Of a stretch of DNA of 64,000 nucleotides, positions 31,280-39,587 are shown piece after piece; positions within the stretch are counted from its first letter, which is position 1, and each line of letters starts with the position of its first letter. The DNA is taken from assembly GCA_045542335.1 (NCBI GenBank), contig JAZQKV010000049.1, forward strand, positions 10 to 64,009. Direction: 5' to 3'. Both the position numbers and the translations under genes were made by a program. The notes under the pieces are model-generated. The model was not told where the DNA came from, searched no databases, and saw only the letters and a program-made list of their open reading frames with translations. The DNA comes from Eubacteriales bacterium. Its GTDB lineage: Bacteria; Bacillota; Clostridia; Oscillospirales; CAG-382.

Positions 31280-32650
31280 TTATTCGCAAATTGTGAATTC
31301 TATAAAATATGTGTCGTAAAGTTTTGCATCGAAATAGAGGCTGAATTTTTCGGACGAAAAATATTCTTCTCTTATAAGCTCGAATGTTTTGTCGGCGTTT
31401 GTGAGATATATTTCTGCCTTTACTGTTTTGCCCGGAAAAGGATTGGATATGTCAAATTTAAGGAGCTTTTGGGGTTCTGCAACTGCTATGTCTTTATGCC
31501 AACCGTCGTCGTTGTCATTGAAATAAGTGCACATCACACCAGCTCGGTCGCTTCCCTTTGCGGCACAGATGTAGACATTGTTTTCACCGCATGGCGTACT
31601 AACGTATTCGCCCATTTTGGCAAGTCTGTCGAACATCACAAAATCGTAGTACGACTTCGTCGGTTCAAACGCACGGCCTGCAAACAAGCCGTTCCATACG
31701 GTGGGACGAGCATCGTAGTACATGAGCATATCAAGGGGATTTGCCTGTGCGGCACACAATACACTCGCCACAAAGGATGCACCTTTTTCGTTGTGCATGG
31801 TCTTATAGGAATATTCAATGTCATTGCCTCTCCAGCCTCTTACATAGTTCCACTCGTTAAGAATGGTGGGGGTGCCGGAAAGTCCTGCGAGCTCAAGCTC
31901 GCTCTGCGCTTTGTTTATCACCCAGACAATATCCTCGGTTTTCTTTCCGTACCAATGGTAGGAGTAAAAATCAAAAGGAATATTTCTCTCCTTTACAGCT
32001 TTGAGAAAGTTTCTCTTGAAATCTGTGGGCGAGGGGCTGGTAAAAGCAGGACCGCCGATGATGAGCTCGGGAAAACGTCCTTTGAGGTGCTTTGCGACAA
32101 CCTCATAAAAGTCTATAAACTGTTCCTCTGTACCTTGCCAACAAGGATTTGAACCGTCTGCGTTTTTACACTCGGGTTCGTTCCATATTTCCCAATACTT
32201 GATTCCGAGGTTGAATCCGTTAGCCCAGCCTTCGTTGTAATGCATGATTATGTGTTCGCAGATTCTTGCCCACTTTGCAAAATCCTTTGGTACTCTTGTA
32301 CCATATTTATAATAATGCTCAATGGATGCACCGAGTCTGTAAAACACCTGTGTGCCTGCAGCAACGATGGTGTTGAGGTATTCGTCTGTGGGTTCAAAAA
32401 TATAGTTTGCAGGATTGTTTTCATCCGCATCAAAGTTTTTGAAAATACGGTGTACGTCAACTGTGTGCTCTCCGCCGTAGGGATCATAGAAAGATGCATC
32501 ATGGTTTCTTGCAAAGGGGAAATTTGCAGCTTTGTAGGCTTCGAAGTTGTTCGCTCCGCTTCTCATATTGCCGCCGGGACCGTTGTTAACAGCGTTCATA
32601 GGCTTTATTTTTCCGGATGTTTTTGAGAAATCAAGGACAATGTTTTTCAT
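31280..32650 (-). CDS. Clan GH-A (beta/alpha)8 glycoside hydrolase, GH39-like, intracellular
   Basis: 456 aa with no signal peptide. WEIWNEPE is the acid/base NEP motif, and TILNEWN is the candidate nucleophile. The exact family was not verified. Confidence 0.6.
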   Translation of the reverse strand: MKNIVLDFSKTSGKIKPMNAVNNGPGGNMRSGANNFEAYKAANFPFARNHDASFYDPYGGEHTVDVHRIFKNFDADENNPANYIFEPTDEYLNTIVAAGTQVFYRLGASIEHYYKYGTRVPKDFAKWARICEHIIMHYNEGWANGFNLGIKYWEIWNEPECKNADGSNPCWQGTEEQFIDFYEVVAKHLKGRFPELIIGGPAFTSPSPTDFKRNFLKAVKERNIPFDFYSYHWYGKKTEDIVWVINKAQSELELAGLSGTPTILNEWNYVRGWRGNDIEYSYKTMHNEKGASFVASVLCAAQANPLDMLMYYDARPTVWNGLFAGRAFEPTKSYYDFVMFDRLAKMGEYVSTPCGENNVYICAAKGSDRAGVMCTYFNDNDDGWHKDIAVAEPQKLLKFDISNPFPGKTVKAEIYLTNADKTFELIREEYFSSEKFSLYFDAKLYDTYFIEFTICE

Positions 32651-32791
32651 GTTATATTTCCTCCATGTTGGTCTGGAACGGAAGTTTTTCCATCAATTAC
32701 ATTATACACAATAGTTGAAAAAAGTCAAGTACCGGGACAACGAAAAATTTTCGTAACGCATAGTTTTATGTGTGTTGTGCATGGTATAAGT

Positions 32792-32820
32792 AAAGAGAGC
32801 CTTTTTATAAGGCTCTCTTT
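32792..32820. terminator. Hairpin between the LTA-synthase-like gene and the GH gene (weak terminator)
   Basis: AAAGAGAGCC (32792-32801) pairs with GGCTCTCTTT (32811-32820). No clean T tract lies beyond the stem. Confidence 0.45.
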
Positions 32821-32829
32821 CAGATTTAT

Positions 32830-34803
32830 TTACTGAAACATTACAGGATCCGAGGTGCCGAGGACGTCGCCACCGTTGGTTTCCTGACAAACCGTGATAA
32901 CATCACCCGGCTTTATGTCTGTCGCTTCATCGGTTACAATATGTGTTTCGCTGAAATATTTTGTAAAGCATTTTTTTCCGTTTACAAATATTACTGAATT
33001 GTAGGTTGAGTTTTCACAAATCACACTAAGACGTCCGTCTTCAAATGAAACCTCTTTGATTACAACAGGGTAAAGACCGATATTGAGTTCTGTGGGAGGG
33101 CGCTTGCGGTATTCGGCAAAGCTTTCTCCGTAAAGAAGCTCATATTGAAGGATATTGAGCTTTGAACGGTATTCATTGCTGTCGGGGTTTTCCTGATTGA
33201 ACTGCATTATGTATCCGTTGTTTATTCCGACGGATTTCATAACCTCGCCGGCAAGTCTGTTTGCCAGGAGAACGCCGTCGGGGGCTTGAAAATCAAGGTC
33301 GAAGTTTGAATACACAACATATTCTGTCTGATATGTTGTTATGGTGTTGAGCTTGGAGTCGCTGAGATTAAGCGCCGGGAGATGGTCGCCGTAAAACACA
33401 ACAACTGTCTTTTCGTCGAATTGCTCGAGGGCGACGACAAGCTCGCCGACAAATTCATCCATCTCAAAAAGCTGATTTGCATAATACCTTGTTGCAAACG
33501 CCTGCTCGGAGCCATCATCGTTGGAAAGTGTGAGAGGCAGGTTAAAATCTTCGTCTGCTTTTGGGTAACCGCCGTGTCCCTGAACGGACACAGCAAAAAC
33601 AAAATCCTTTTGGGGCGTTTGTTTCATGGATTCCATGATATACTTCGTGAGAACTCTGTCTTTTTCCCAGCCAACCGGGGTGTATTCAATGCCCTGCATA
33701 TATTCCGACGGAATAAAGCGGTCGAAGCCGAGGTTTGCATAAACTTCATGCCTGTCGTAAAATGTACCCGTGTGATTGTGAAGTGCGGTTGAATAGTATC
33801 CGTATTCTTTAAGGTTGAAAGCGATGGATTCGCAAGTCCCTTTTTTCAAAACTGTTTCAAAGGGGATTTCTCCGCCGCTGAAATATGCAATTCTCATTCC
33901 GGAAAGAATTTCAAATTCTGTGTTTGCCGTCCCTCCGCCAAAAACGGGAACCTGAAGGAGTCCGTTCGGAAATCTTTCCTTTAATATTGTGAAATTTGGT
34001 GTTGCATCGCAATTGGCGGAGTATTCATCGTAATACTCCAAATCAAAGAATGATTCAAGCTGAACAAACACTATGTTGGGGAGTGAGCCGTCATCAACAA
34101 CCTTTTCATTGCTGTCGATAAGACCGGCGAGGATTTCGTTGACAGCCTGTTTGCTGTGACCTGCGGGTTTTGTTATGCCTTTGCGGAAAACTGTACTGCA
34201 AAAACAATACTCAAAGCCGTAATCATCATAGGCGGTGCTTATGTTGTTGAATTTTATGGCAAGGACACCTGTTGCATTTCCGACAATTGAAATCAATGTG
34301 AAAACTGTTGTGACAGCCGCAAGGGCGATGAGTTCCTTTTTATATTGCGGTTTTTCTTTTTTGATTTTATGGAAAAGGTATACCATTCCGATAACAAGTG
34401 CAACGCTGACGGCGATTACGGCAACTATCTGGAAAAACGTGAGATAGCTTTTTGTGATTTCATAAGCTGACAAAAACATGATGAAATCCGAGGCGGTGAG
34501 GGGCGTTGGTCTTAAAAACTGAAGAATGGCATTTATAACTGCAAGTGTAAGCCAGATGACGCACACGAGTGTGTAGGCAAAAGCTCTCCTCTTGAAAAGA
34601 CGAGCAACGCAAAGCATGAGGAAAACTATAAAGCAATTATAAATAAACGGAATAAAAGCCCCCATTACAAATCCAAAGAATGAAACAAAGGACCGTCTTG
34701 CGATAATTTCCACAACAACCGTGGTTACAAAGCCGAGCAACAGGCACATGACATATCCGCCGACGGTTGGATGCCTGTCAAAAAAACCTTTAATTCTCTG
34801 CAT
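32830..34803 (-). CDS. LTA synthase family protein (membrane-anchored sulfatase-fold phosphoglycerol transferase)
   Basis: 657 aa. About 5 N-terminal TM segments precede an extracellular sulfatase-like domain (PNIVFVQLESF..., GGGTANTEFE). Confidence 0.8.
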   Translation of the reverse strand: MQRIKGFFDRHPTVGGYVMCLLLGFVTTVVVEIIARRSFVSFFGFVMGAFIPFIYNCFIVFLMLCVARLFKRRAFAYTLVCVIWLTLAVINAILQFLRPTPLTASDFIMFLSAYEITKSYLTFFQIVAVIAVSVALVIGMVYLFHKIKKEKPQYKKELIALAAVTTVFTLISIVGNATGVLAIKFNNISTAYDDYGFEYCFCSTVFRKGITKPAGHSKQAVNEILAGLIDSNEKVVDDGSLPNIVFVQLESFFDLEYYDEYSANCDATPNFTILKERFPNGLLQVPVFGGGTANTEFEILSGMRIAYFSGGEIPFETVLKKGTCESIAFNLKEYGYYSTALHNHTGTFYDRHEVYANLGFDRFIPSEYMQGIEYTPVGWEKDRVLTKYIMESMKQTPQKDFVFAVSVQGHGGYPKADEDFNLPLTLSNDDGSEQAFATRYYANQLFEMDEFVGELVVALEQFDEKTVVVFYGDHLPALNLSDSKLNTITTYQTEYVVYSNFDLDFQAPDGVLLANRLAGEVMKSVGINNGYIMQFNQENPDSNEYRSKLNILQYELLYGESFAEYRKRPPTELNIGLYPVVIKEVSFEDGRLSVICENSTYNSVIFVNGKKCFTKYFSETHIVTDEATDIKPGDVITVCQETNGGDVLGTSDPVMFQ

Positions 34804-35059
34804 AATATCTCCAATTGATAATCATTGTAAAGGTGTGATAAACTGTAAAATATGCCGGCAAACCTGTGCCGACAACAATTATTATAGCACAATGCTTTTG
34901 AAAATGCAAGGGTTACAAGAAATTTTTCACTTTCCGGAAGGCTATAAATACCGCCAATTATATCAAGTTTAAGGAATATTTAAGCTTTGGGAAATAAAAT
35001 GTCGGATTTTTGTATTACAAAAAGCAGATAAAGCTTTTCTGTTGTGTCGATACTTTCTG

Positions 35060-35893
35060 TTATAGTTTTCCTATCTGACGGAATTCCGTTGGGGAAATGC
35101 CGATTTTTTTCTTGAAGATACGGCTGAAATAGAGAGGGTCGCCATAACCGCAGAGCCTTGCAATTTCAGAGATGCTCTTTTCGTTTTGAAGAAGAAGCTG
35201 TTTTGCTTGTTCCATGCCTATGCTTAAAACAAACTGTCTTGGCGTTTGTCCTGTTGCTTCACGGAAGCGTTTTATAAGGCTGACCTCGGAAATTCCCATT
35301 TCGGCGCAAAGCACAGCGTTTGTCACGTTGTCTGCCGTATTCGCGGAGCAAATGCGTTCAAGGATTTTTTGCATTTCAGGGGAAAGAACTCCTTGCGGTT
35401 TAACTGTTCCCACAAAATCTGCAAGCAAGTTATTCTGGCGGATTGATGATTGTATAAGCACGTTTATGACATCTCTGCAGAAATGAGCAGTCATGCCGGA
35501 CGGATCGGGGTTTTTGATGACAGTGTTGTTTCCTGCTCTTTTACAACTGTCGGCAATCCTTTGGGCATCATGGTTTGAAAGCGGAATCAATCCTTTGGTT
35601 GTGGCTGAAAAATCGCTTTTGAAACTTTTATCAAAGGAAAAACCAATCATAAAAAGTGACATGGTTTCAATGGCTCGTCGTCTGAAAACAGTGTTACCCG
35701 GGCAGACTATGACATCTCCCGGCTTTGCAATCTGTTCTTTTGTTTTATCCATTGAAAAACAAAAAGCGCCTTCTGTTAGCACAAAAATTACATCAAAGTC
35801 ATAGCTCTCTTGTTCAAATTCAAAACGCTTTTTTTCAGAAAATGAAGCAAACAGGTGTATTTGAGGACACAGTGTTGAAGAGTTTACATCCAT
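35060..35893 (-). CDS. AraC family transcriptional regulator
   Basis: N-terminal cupin-like sensor and a C-terminal double HTH ending with IARLCGYGDPLYFSRIFKKKIGISPTEFR. Confidence 0.85.
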   Translation of the reverse strand: MDVNSSTLCPQIHLFASFSEKKRFEFEQESYDFDVIFVLTEGAFCFSMDKTKEQIAKPGDVIVCPGNTVFRRRAIETMSLFMIGFSFDKSFKSDFSATTKGLIPLSNHDAQRIADSCKRAGNNTVIKNPDPSGMTAHFCRDVINVLIQSSIRQNNLLADFVGTVKPQGVLSPEMQKILERICSANTADNVTNAVLCAEMGISEVSLIKRFREATGQTPRQFVLSIGMEQAKQLLLQNEKSISEIARLCGYGDPLYFSRIFKKKIGISPTEFRQIGKL

Positions 35894-36016
35894 TTGACAT
35901 TACTCCTTAAGTTTTATCCATGTATTATTATACTTTTTTGTATTGCAAATGACAACGGTTTATTGTAAAATATGAATGAACACAGAGAACAATCTGCGAT
36001 GAAAGGAAGAAAAATA

Positions 36017-37246
36017 ATGCAATTTATAAATGAAACTCTTAAAACACCTGTCAGGGGTGATTATGATGTGGTGGTTGTTGGCGGTGGACCGTCGGGATGT
36101 GCGGCGGCAATTGCGGCGGCAAGGCGAGGCGCAAGTGTACTTCTTGTTGAAAAGAATCAATGTCTTGGCGGAATGTGGACCTCGGGACTTGTGAACCCGC
36201 TTTTTGACCATGCCAACAAAACCGGTATTCTCAAGGAAATTATTGACACTCTCAAGAAAAACGACTGCTGGGGCGGCTTCTGGGACGAAAGCTTCAATTA
36301 CGAGTATATGAAAAAAATACTTGAGGATATGTGCGCCGATGCGGGTGTTACGGTGCTTTATGATACAAGATATGTTGGAGCAATATGCGACGACGGCAGA
36401 ATAGGCGGCATTATTGTTCACAACATTGAGGGCAGGGCGGCATACACGGCTAAGGTTGTTGTTGATGCCTGCGCAGATGCGGCGGTGGCGGCTGATTGCG
36501 GAGTGAAATTTGATGTTGGCGAAAACGGAGATTACAAGAAGTGCCAGGCGATGACGCTTATGTACCTTGTCGGAAATGTTCCCGAAAAGTACAAGGACGG
36601 AGTTATGCTCAACGAAATGCTTCAGGCGGCGTATGAAAAGGATGGAAGCGGAAAAAAGCCTCCTTTCACAATGCCTTATCTTATCCCCATGCCAAATTCA
36701 AATGTGGCTGTTATTCAGCTCACGCACATGAGAGGAAAGAATCCGCTTTGCGCAAGGGATCTGACCGATGCCATAACCGAGGGCAGACAGCAGGTTATTG
36801 AAACCTTTGAGATGCTAAAGAAGCACGACGAGGATTTCAAAGACCTTATTCTCATAACCTCGGCTCCCATGCTTGGAGTGCGTGAATCAAGGCGCATTGA
36901 CGGCGAATACACCCTGACGGTTGATGACCTCATAAACGGAGAAAAGCCACATGACAGCGTTGCGGTTGCAACCTTTAATATTGACATTCACAACAACGAC
37001 GACGAGCATCAGAATTGCAAGCGTGTCAGCCCTTACGGCATACCGCTTCGTTGCATGATGCCAAAAGGCGTTGACGGACTTGCGGTTGTGGGAAAGACAA
37101 TTTCAGGATCGCATGAGGCAATGGCGTCCTACCGTGTAACAGGAAACTGTGTTGCGATGGGCGAGGCTGTCGGAAAGGCGGCGGCTGTTGCGGTGCACAC
37201 GGGCAAGGAAATAAGAGCTGTTGGAATTGATGAGATTTCGGATTGA
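36017..37246 (+). CDS. FAD-dependent oxidoreductase (PF12831-like)
   Basis: The start was moved to the ATG at 36017 (AAAGGAAG upstream). DYDVVVVGGGPSGCAAAIAAARRGASVLLVEK dinucleotide-binding motif. The gene is divergent from the AraC gene. Confidence 0.75.
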   Translation: MQFINETLKTPVRGDYDVVVVGGGPSGCAAAIAAARRGASVLLVEKNQCLGGMWTSGLVNPLFDHANKTGILKEIIDTLKKNDCWGGFWDESFNYEYMKKILEDMCADAGVTVLYDTRYVGAICDDGRIGGIIVHNIEGRAAYTAKVVVDACADAAVAADCGVKFDVGENGDYKKCQAMTLMYLVGNVPEKYKDGVMLNEMLQAAYEKDGSGKKPPFTMPYLIPMPNSNVAVIQLTHMRGKNPLCARDLTDAITEGRQQVIETFEMLKKHDEDFKDLILITSAPMLGVRESRRIDGEYTLTVDDLINGEKPHDSVAVATFNIDIHNNDDEHQNCKRVSPYGIPLRCMMPKGVDGLAVVGKTISGSHEAMASYRVTGNCVAMGEAVGKAAAVAVHTGKEIRAVGIDEISD

Positions 37247-37405
37247 GAGTATTGGGTAAGCCAAGTGTAGTATAATTAAAAAGCGGTACGGATTTTTTAA
37301 ATTTGTGCCGCTTTTGCATATACATATTTGTGATTAAAACCGTCATAAGCCGGAGATTTGTGAGCATATATATAATGTGTAAAAACAAGTGACAGGCGGT
37401 TTGAA

Positions 37406-37600
37406 ATGAACAGGAATCACAGTTTTCTGATACAGGCATTGCTTTTTTGCGTGACGGTGATTTTTGCCGTGACGATGCTATATATAAAATCCACAGACAG
37501 TGCTGAGGTTATGTATCGTGGCGTGGAAACACGTCGCAATCTGACTCTTGAGGATCTTGCGAAAACGCTTTGGGAGGACACCGATGGGAAAGGGCAATGA
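37406..37600 (+). CDS. Hypothetical 64-aa single-pass membrane protein
   Basis: One TM segment (FLIQALLFCVTVIFAVTMLYI). The 3' end overlaps the start of the downstream protease gene by 17 nt. The SD is weak and no homology was recognised. Confidence 0.35.
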   Translation: MNRNHSFLIQALLFCVTVIFAVTMLYIKSTDSAEVMYRGVETRRNLTLEDLAKTLWEDTDGKGQ

Positions 37601-38252
37601 TAATCACGGCGAGGGCGCAATGGATTTTTTCGACAGGACAATGGGGATGATAAGGTTTACGCTTCCGAGGGGGTGCGAGGTAAGAATAAGCATTTTTGCG
37701 CCTGTTGCGGCGGTGCTGATAATGACAGCAGATTTTTCTGAATATACTGCCCTTGTGCTTTTGGCGGCGGTGCTTCATGAGGCGGCTCACCTTATTGCGA
37801 TGTTTATTTTCGGGCAAGGCATTGAGAGAGTGAGCGTATATCCGTTTGGTGCGGACATAAAGGTAAGCGGAATGATGGGTTACAGGGAAGATTTTGCGGT
37901 GTCATCTTCGGGGGTGGCGATAAACTTTATTTTATTTGCTGTGTTTTGCGGAGCAAGTGACACAAGGCTTAAATTTTTTGCAGTTTGCAATCTCGCCCTT
38001 GCGGTTGTGAATCTGATTCCTGCAAAGGGGCTTGACGGCAGTCGCATTATTGACAGCATTATTTTTTCGCACTTTGATACCCTGCTTGCCGAGCGCATTT
38101 CGGGTTTTGCAGGGGCGTTGGGACTTGTGGGACTTGCGGTATTTGCAGTTTTTGTTTTGATAGCATCGGGCGGCAATTTTTCGGTGGCATTTATTCTGGG
38201 GTATCTTATTCTGGCGGTTTACGGTAAGGAGAGGGCGAATGACGGCTTGTAA
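37584..38252 (+). CDS. Site-2 protease family (peptidase M50, SpoIVFB-like) intramembrane metalloprotease
   Basis: The start was moved to the ATG at 37584 (GGGAGGA 5-6 nt upstream). HExxH lies within a TM segment (AVLHEAAHLIAM), and there is a second motif NLIPAKGLDG. The protein is polytopic. Confidence 0.8.
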   Translation: MGKGNDNHGEGAMDFFDRTMGMIRFTLPRGCEVRISIFAPVAAVLIMTADFSEYTALVLLAAVLHEAAHLIAMFIFGQGIERVSVYPFGADIKVSGMMGYREDFAVSSSGVAINFILFAVFCGASDTRLKFFAVCNLALAVVNLIPAKGLDGSRIIDSIIFSHFDTLLAERISGFAGALGLVGLAVFAVFVLIASGGNFSVAFILGYLILAVYGKERANDGL

Positions 38253-38260
38253 ATGGGGCG

Positions 38261-38479
38261 TTATTCGTCCGTTTCTTCCTTGTCTTTTTGATATACAAGG
38301 ATGTCTTCGACTTTGCAATCGAGGATATTGCACAGGTCGTTAAGAGTAACGGTTGTTATGGGTTTATTGTGTTTTAGTCTGTCGAGCAGGCTTCTGCTGA
38401 GGTTATAGGTATTGATGAGCTTATAGGTTGACACGCCTTTTTGTTTCATTGTTTCGTAAAGGGGTTCGTATGAAATCAT
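38261..38479 (-). CDS. XRE/Cro-C1 family helix-turn-helix transcriptional regulator (YozG-like, 72 aa)
   Basis: MISYEPLYETMKQKGVSTYKLINTYNLSRSLLDRLKHNKPITTVTLNDLCNILDCKVEDILVY is a typical short HTH_26-type sequence. The SD GGAGG lies upstream. Confidence 0.85.
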   Translation of the reverse strand: MISYEPLYETMKQKGVSTYKLINTYNLSRSLLDRLKHNKPITTVTLNDLCNILDCKVEDILVYQKDKEETDE

Positions 38480-38520
38480 TTTTAAATTCCTCCGAGATGT
38501 AAATTATCTTTGATAATTTT

Positions 38521-38549
38521 ATTATAATTTATACTCGGTGTCTTGACAA
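38521..38549 (-). promoter_or_regulatory. Sigma-A promoter for the XRE regulator gene
   Basis: The minus strand reads TTGTCA (complement of 38544-38549), a 17-nt spacer, then TATAAT (complement of 38521-38526). Confidence 0.7.
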
Positions 38550-38571
38550 TTGTCGATATATAGAGTATAAT
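38543..38571 (+). promoter_or_regulatory. Consensus sigma-A promoter (upstream promoter P1 of the 38925 operon), divergent from and overlapping the XRE promoter
   Basis: TTGACA (38543-38548), a 17-nt spacer, then TATAAT (38566-38571). Both -35 boxes lie inside the perfect palindrome GACAATTGTC (38545-38554). Confidence 0.75.
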
Positions 38572-38662
38572 GCTTTTGTGAATAGATTTTTTTGGGAGGA
38601 AAAAGTTTTGAAAAGGAAAATCTGACTGCATTTTTTTATTTTTCAAAAGTGTCAATAAGCTC

Positions 38663-38691
38663 TTGACAAATATGGCAATATGTGTTAAAAT
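38663..38691 (+). promoter_or_regulatory. Sigma-A promoter P2 that drives the structured leader RNA
   Basis: TTGACA (38663-38668), a 17-nt spacer with a TG extension (38683-38684), then TAAAAT (38686-38691). The predicted start site is near 38698. Confidence 0.75.
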
Positions 38692-38697
38692 GATTAT

Positions 38698-38856
38698 GCC
38701 AAACAAACTGAATATATGGAAAAGTGGGTATATTTCCTTATCTATAGGAATATAATACCTTTTTCTGTCATGCTGTTTTACAGAATTTGATAAAATGCGG
38801 ATTCCGTATAGAAGCAGTATGATTATATACCCAATTCTGTATACAGTTTGTTTGGC
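38698..38856 (+). ncRNA. Unclassified structured cis-regulatory RNA (riboswitch-like aptamer candidate, ~159 nt)
   Basis: A 13-bp perfect closing helix pairs GCCAAACAAACTG (38698-38710) with CAGTTTGTTTGGC (38844-38856). Nested helices are TGGGTATAT (38725-38733)/ATATACCCA (38825-38833) and CATGCTG (38769-38775)/CAGTATG (38815-38821, one G-U). A local hairpin spans 38734-38750. The element is followed by a terminator and an SD. Confidence 0.55.
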
Positions 38857-38879
38857 GACGACTGGAATTCGTGTTTTTG

Positions 38880-38907
38880 TGCGCTGATTTCGGTCGGCGC
38901 ATTTTTT
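38880..38907 (+). terminator. Intrinsic terminator inside the 5' leader (expression-platform candidate)
   Basis: TGCGCTGA (38880-38887) pairs with TCGGCGCA (38894-38901) across a TTTCGG loop, with one G-U pair, followed by TTTTTT (38902-38907). It lies 7 nt upstream of the SD AGGAGG (38914-38919). Confidence 0.7.
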
Positions 38908-38924
38908 ATTTTTAGGAGGTATTT

Positions 38925-39575
38925 ATGGCTTCAAGTTACACAACCCACAATCTATCACCCGAATGCAAAGCTTTCGTTGTAAAAAAAGTGTATGAACACT
39001 ACAACATGAATATTTTTTGGATGGGAGTATGTCAGAAATTTTCCACGATGTGCGTATTCATCTTCCCTGTTATTACACTATTTTCAAATGAGAATTCGAC
39101 ATTAAAAATAACAATTGCAATTCTTTCTGCTTTAATTTCTCTAATCGTAAGTTTCTTTTGCGACACAACGGAATACACTTTGACTTTGCATATTGTACTT
39201 GACGCCTTTAAAACAGACTGCAACGACAGTTCTTTTGAAGCGAAATTCCAAGCTCTGATACCGTATATTCGAGAAATAGACTTTGCAAGGGGACGAAGTG
39301 ATTTCAAGGCATATTGTGAAGAATTAGATATTCAAATCAAACAATGTGATATGTTAACAAATCATGACAAAAGTGAAATGAACCGTCAACGATATATTAT
39401 TGCGGTATTATGTAGCATGGCTACAATTATTTGCTTGCTATTATTGTATTTGGTACAAGAATTGGACATAATATCTGTAATAATTCTGTGTTTTATCACT
39501 GCATCAACATTTATTGGTTTTATATTTATGCTGATTGATTGTATTTCGTTTTCAAGAAAAAATAGTAAAAAGTGA
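38925..39575 (+). CDS. Hypothetical 4-TM membrane protein (two TM hairpins flanking an ~85-aa soluble domain)
   Basis: 216 aa with a strong SD (AGGAGG, 5 nt spacing). TM hairpins lie at about aa 38-78 and 167-213. The gene is AT-rich and I recognised no family. Confidence 0.7.
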   Translation: MASSYTTHNLSPECKAFVVKKVYEHYNMNIFWMGVCQKFSTMCVFIFPVITLFSNENSTLKITIAILSALISLIVSFFCDTTEYTLTLHIVLDAFKTDCNDSSFEAKFQALIPYIREIDFARGRSDFKAYCEELDIQIKQCDMLTNHDKSEMNRQRYIIAVLCSMATIICLLLLYLVQELDIISVIILCFITASTFIGFIFMLIDCISFSRKNSKK

Positions 39576-39587
39576 GGAGAATCTATC

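Noticed and set aside
30607-38260. A possible integrated element using tRNA-Leu as its attachment site.
   Set aside because: There is no integrase or recombinase gene downstream, and I noticed no repeat of the tRNA 3' end elsewhere in the window. The genes that follow (HPr-like, GH, LTA synthase, AraC and so on) look chromosomal.
38482-38706. A 74-aa minus-strand ORF in the control region upstream of the XRE gene. Plus-strand mini-ORFs also lie inside the structured RNA: a 19-codon ORF from 38696 and a 24-codon ORF from 38716 (MEKWVYFLIYRNIIPFSVMLFYRI).
   Set aside because: None has an SD. The minus-strand ORF spans both promoters and would overlap the XRE start region. The plus-strand mini-ORFs start at or a few nt after the predicted transcription start. 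The hydrophobic 24-mer is noted, but there is no evidence it is translated.
38698-38856. A reading of the 13-bp terminal inverted repeats (GCCAAACAAACTG ... CAGTTTGTTTGGC) as the ends of a MITE-like mobile element.
   Set aside because: The flanks (…GATTAT and GACGAC…) show no target-site duplication, and I found no second copy in the window. The left repeat starts exactly at the predicted transcription start of a consensus promoter. The interior has nested complementary helices, and a terminator-SD platform follows. All of this fits a transcribed structured RNA better. A genome-wide copy search could revive the MITE idea.
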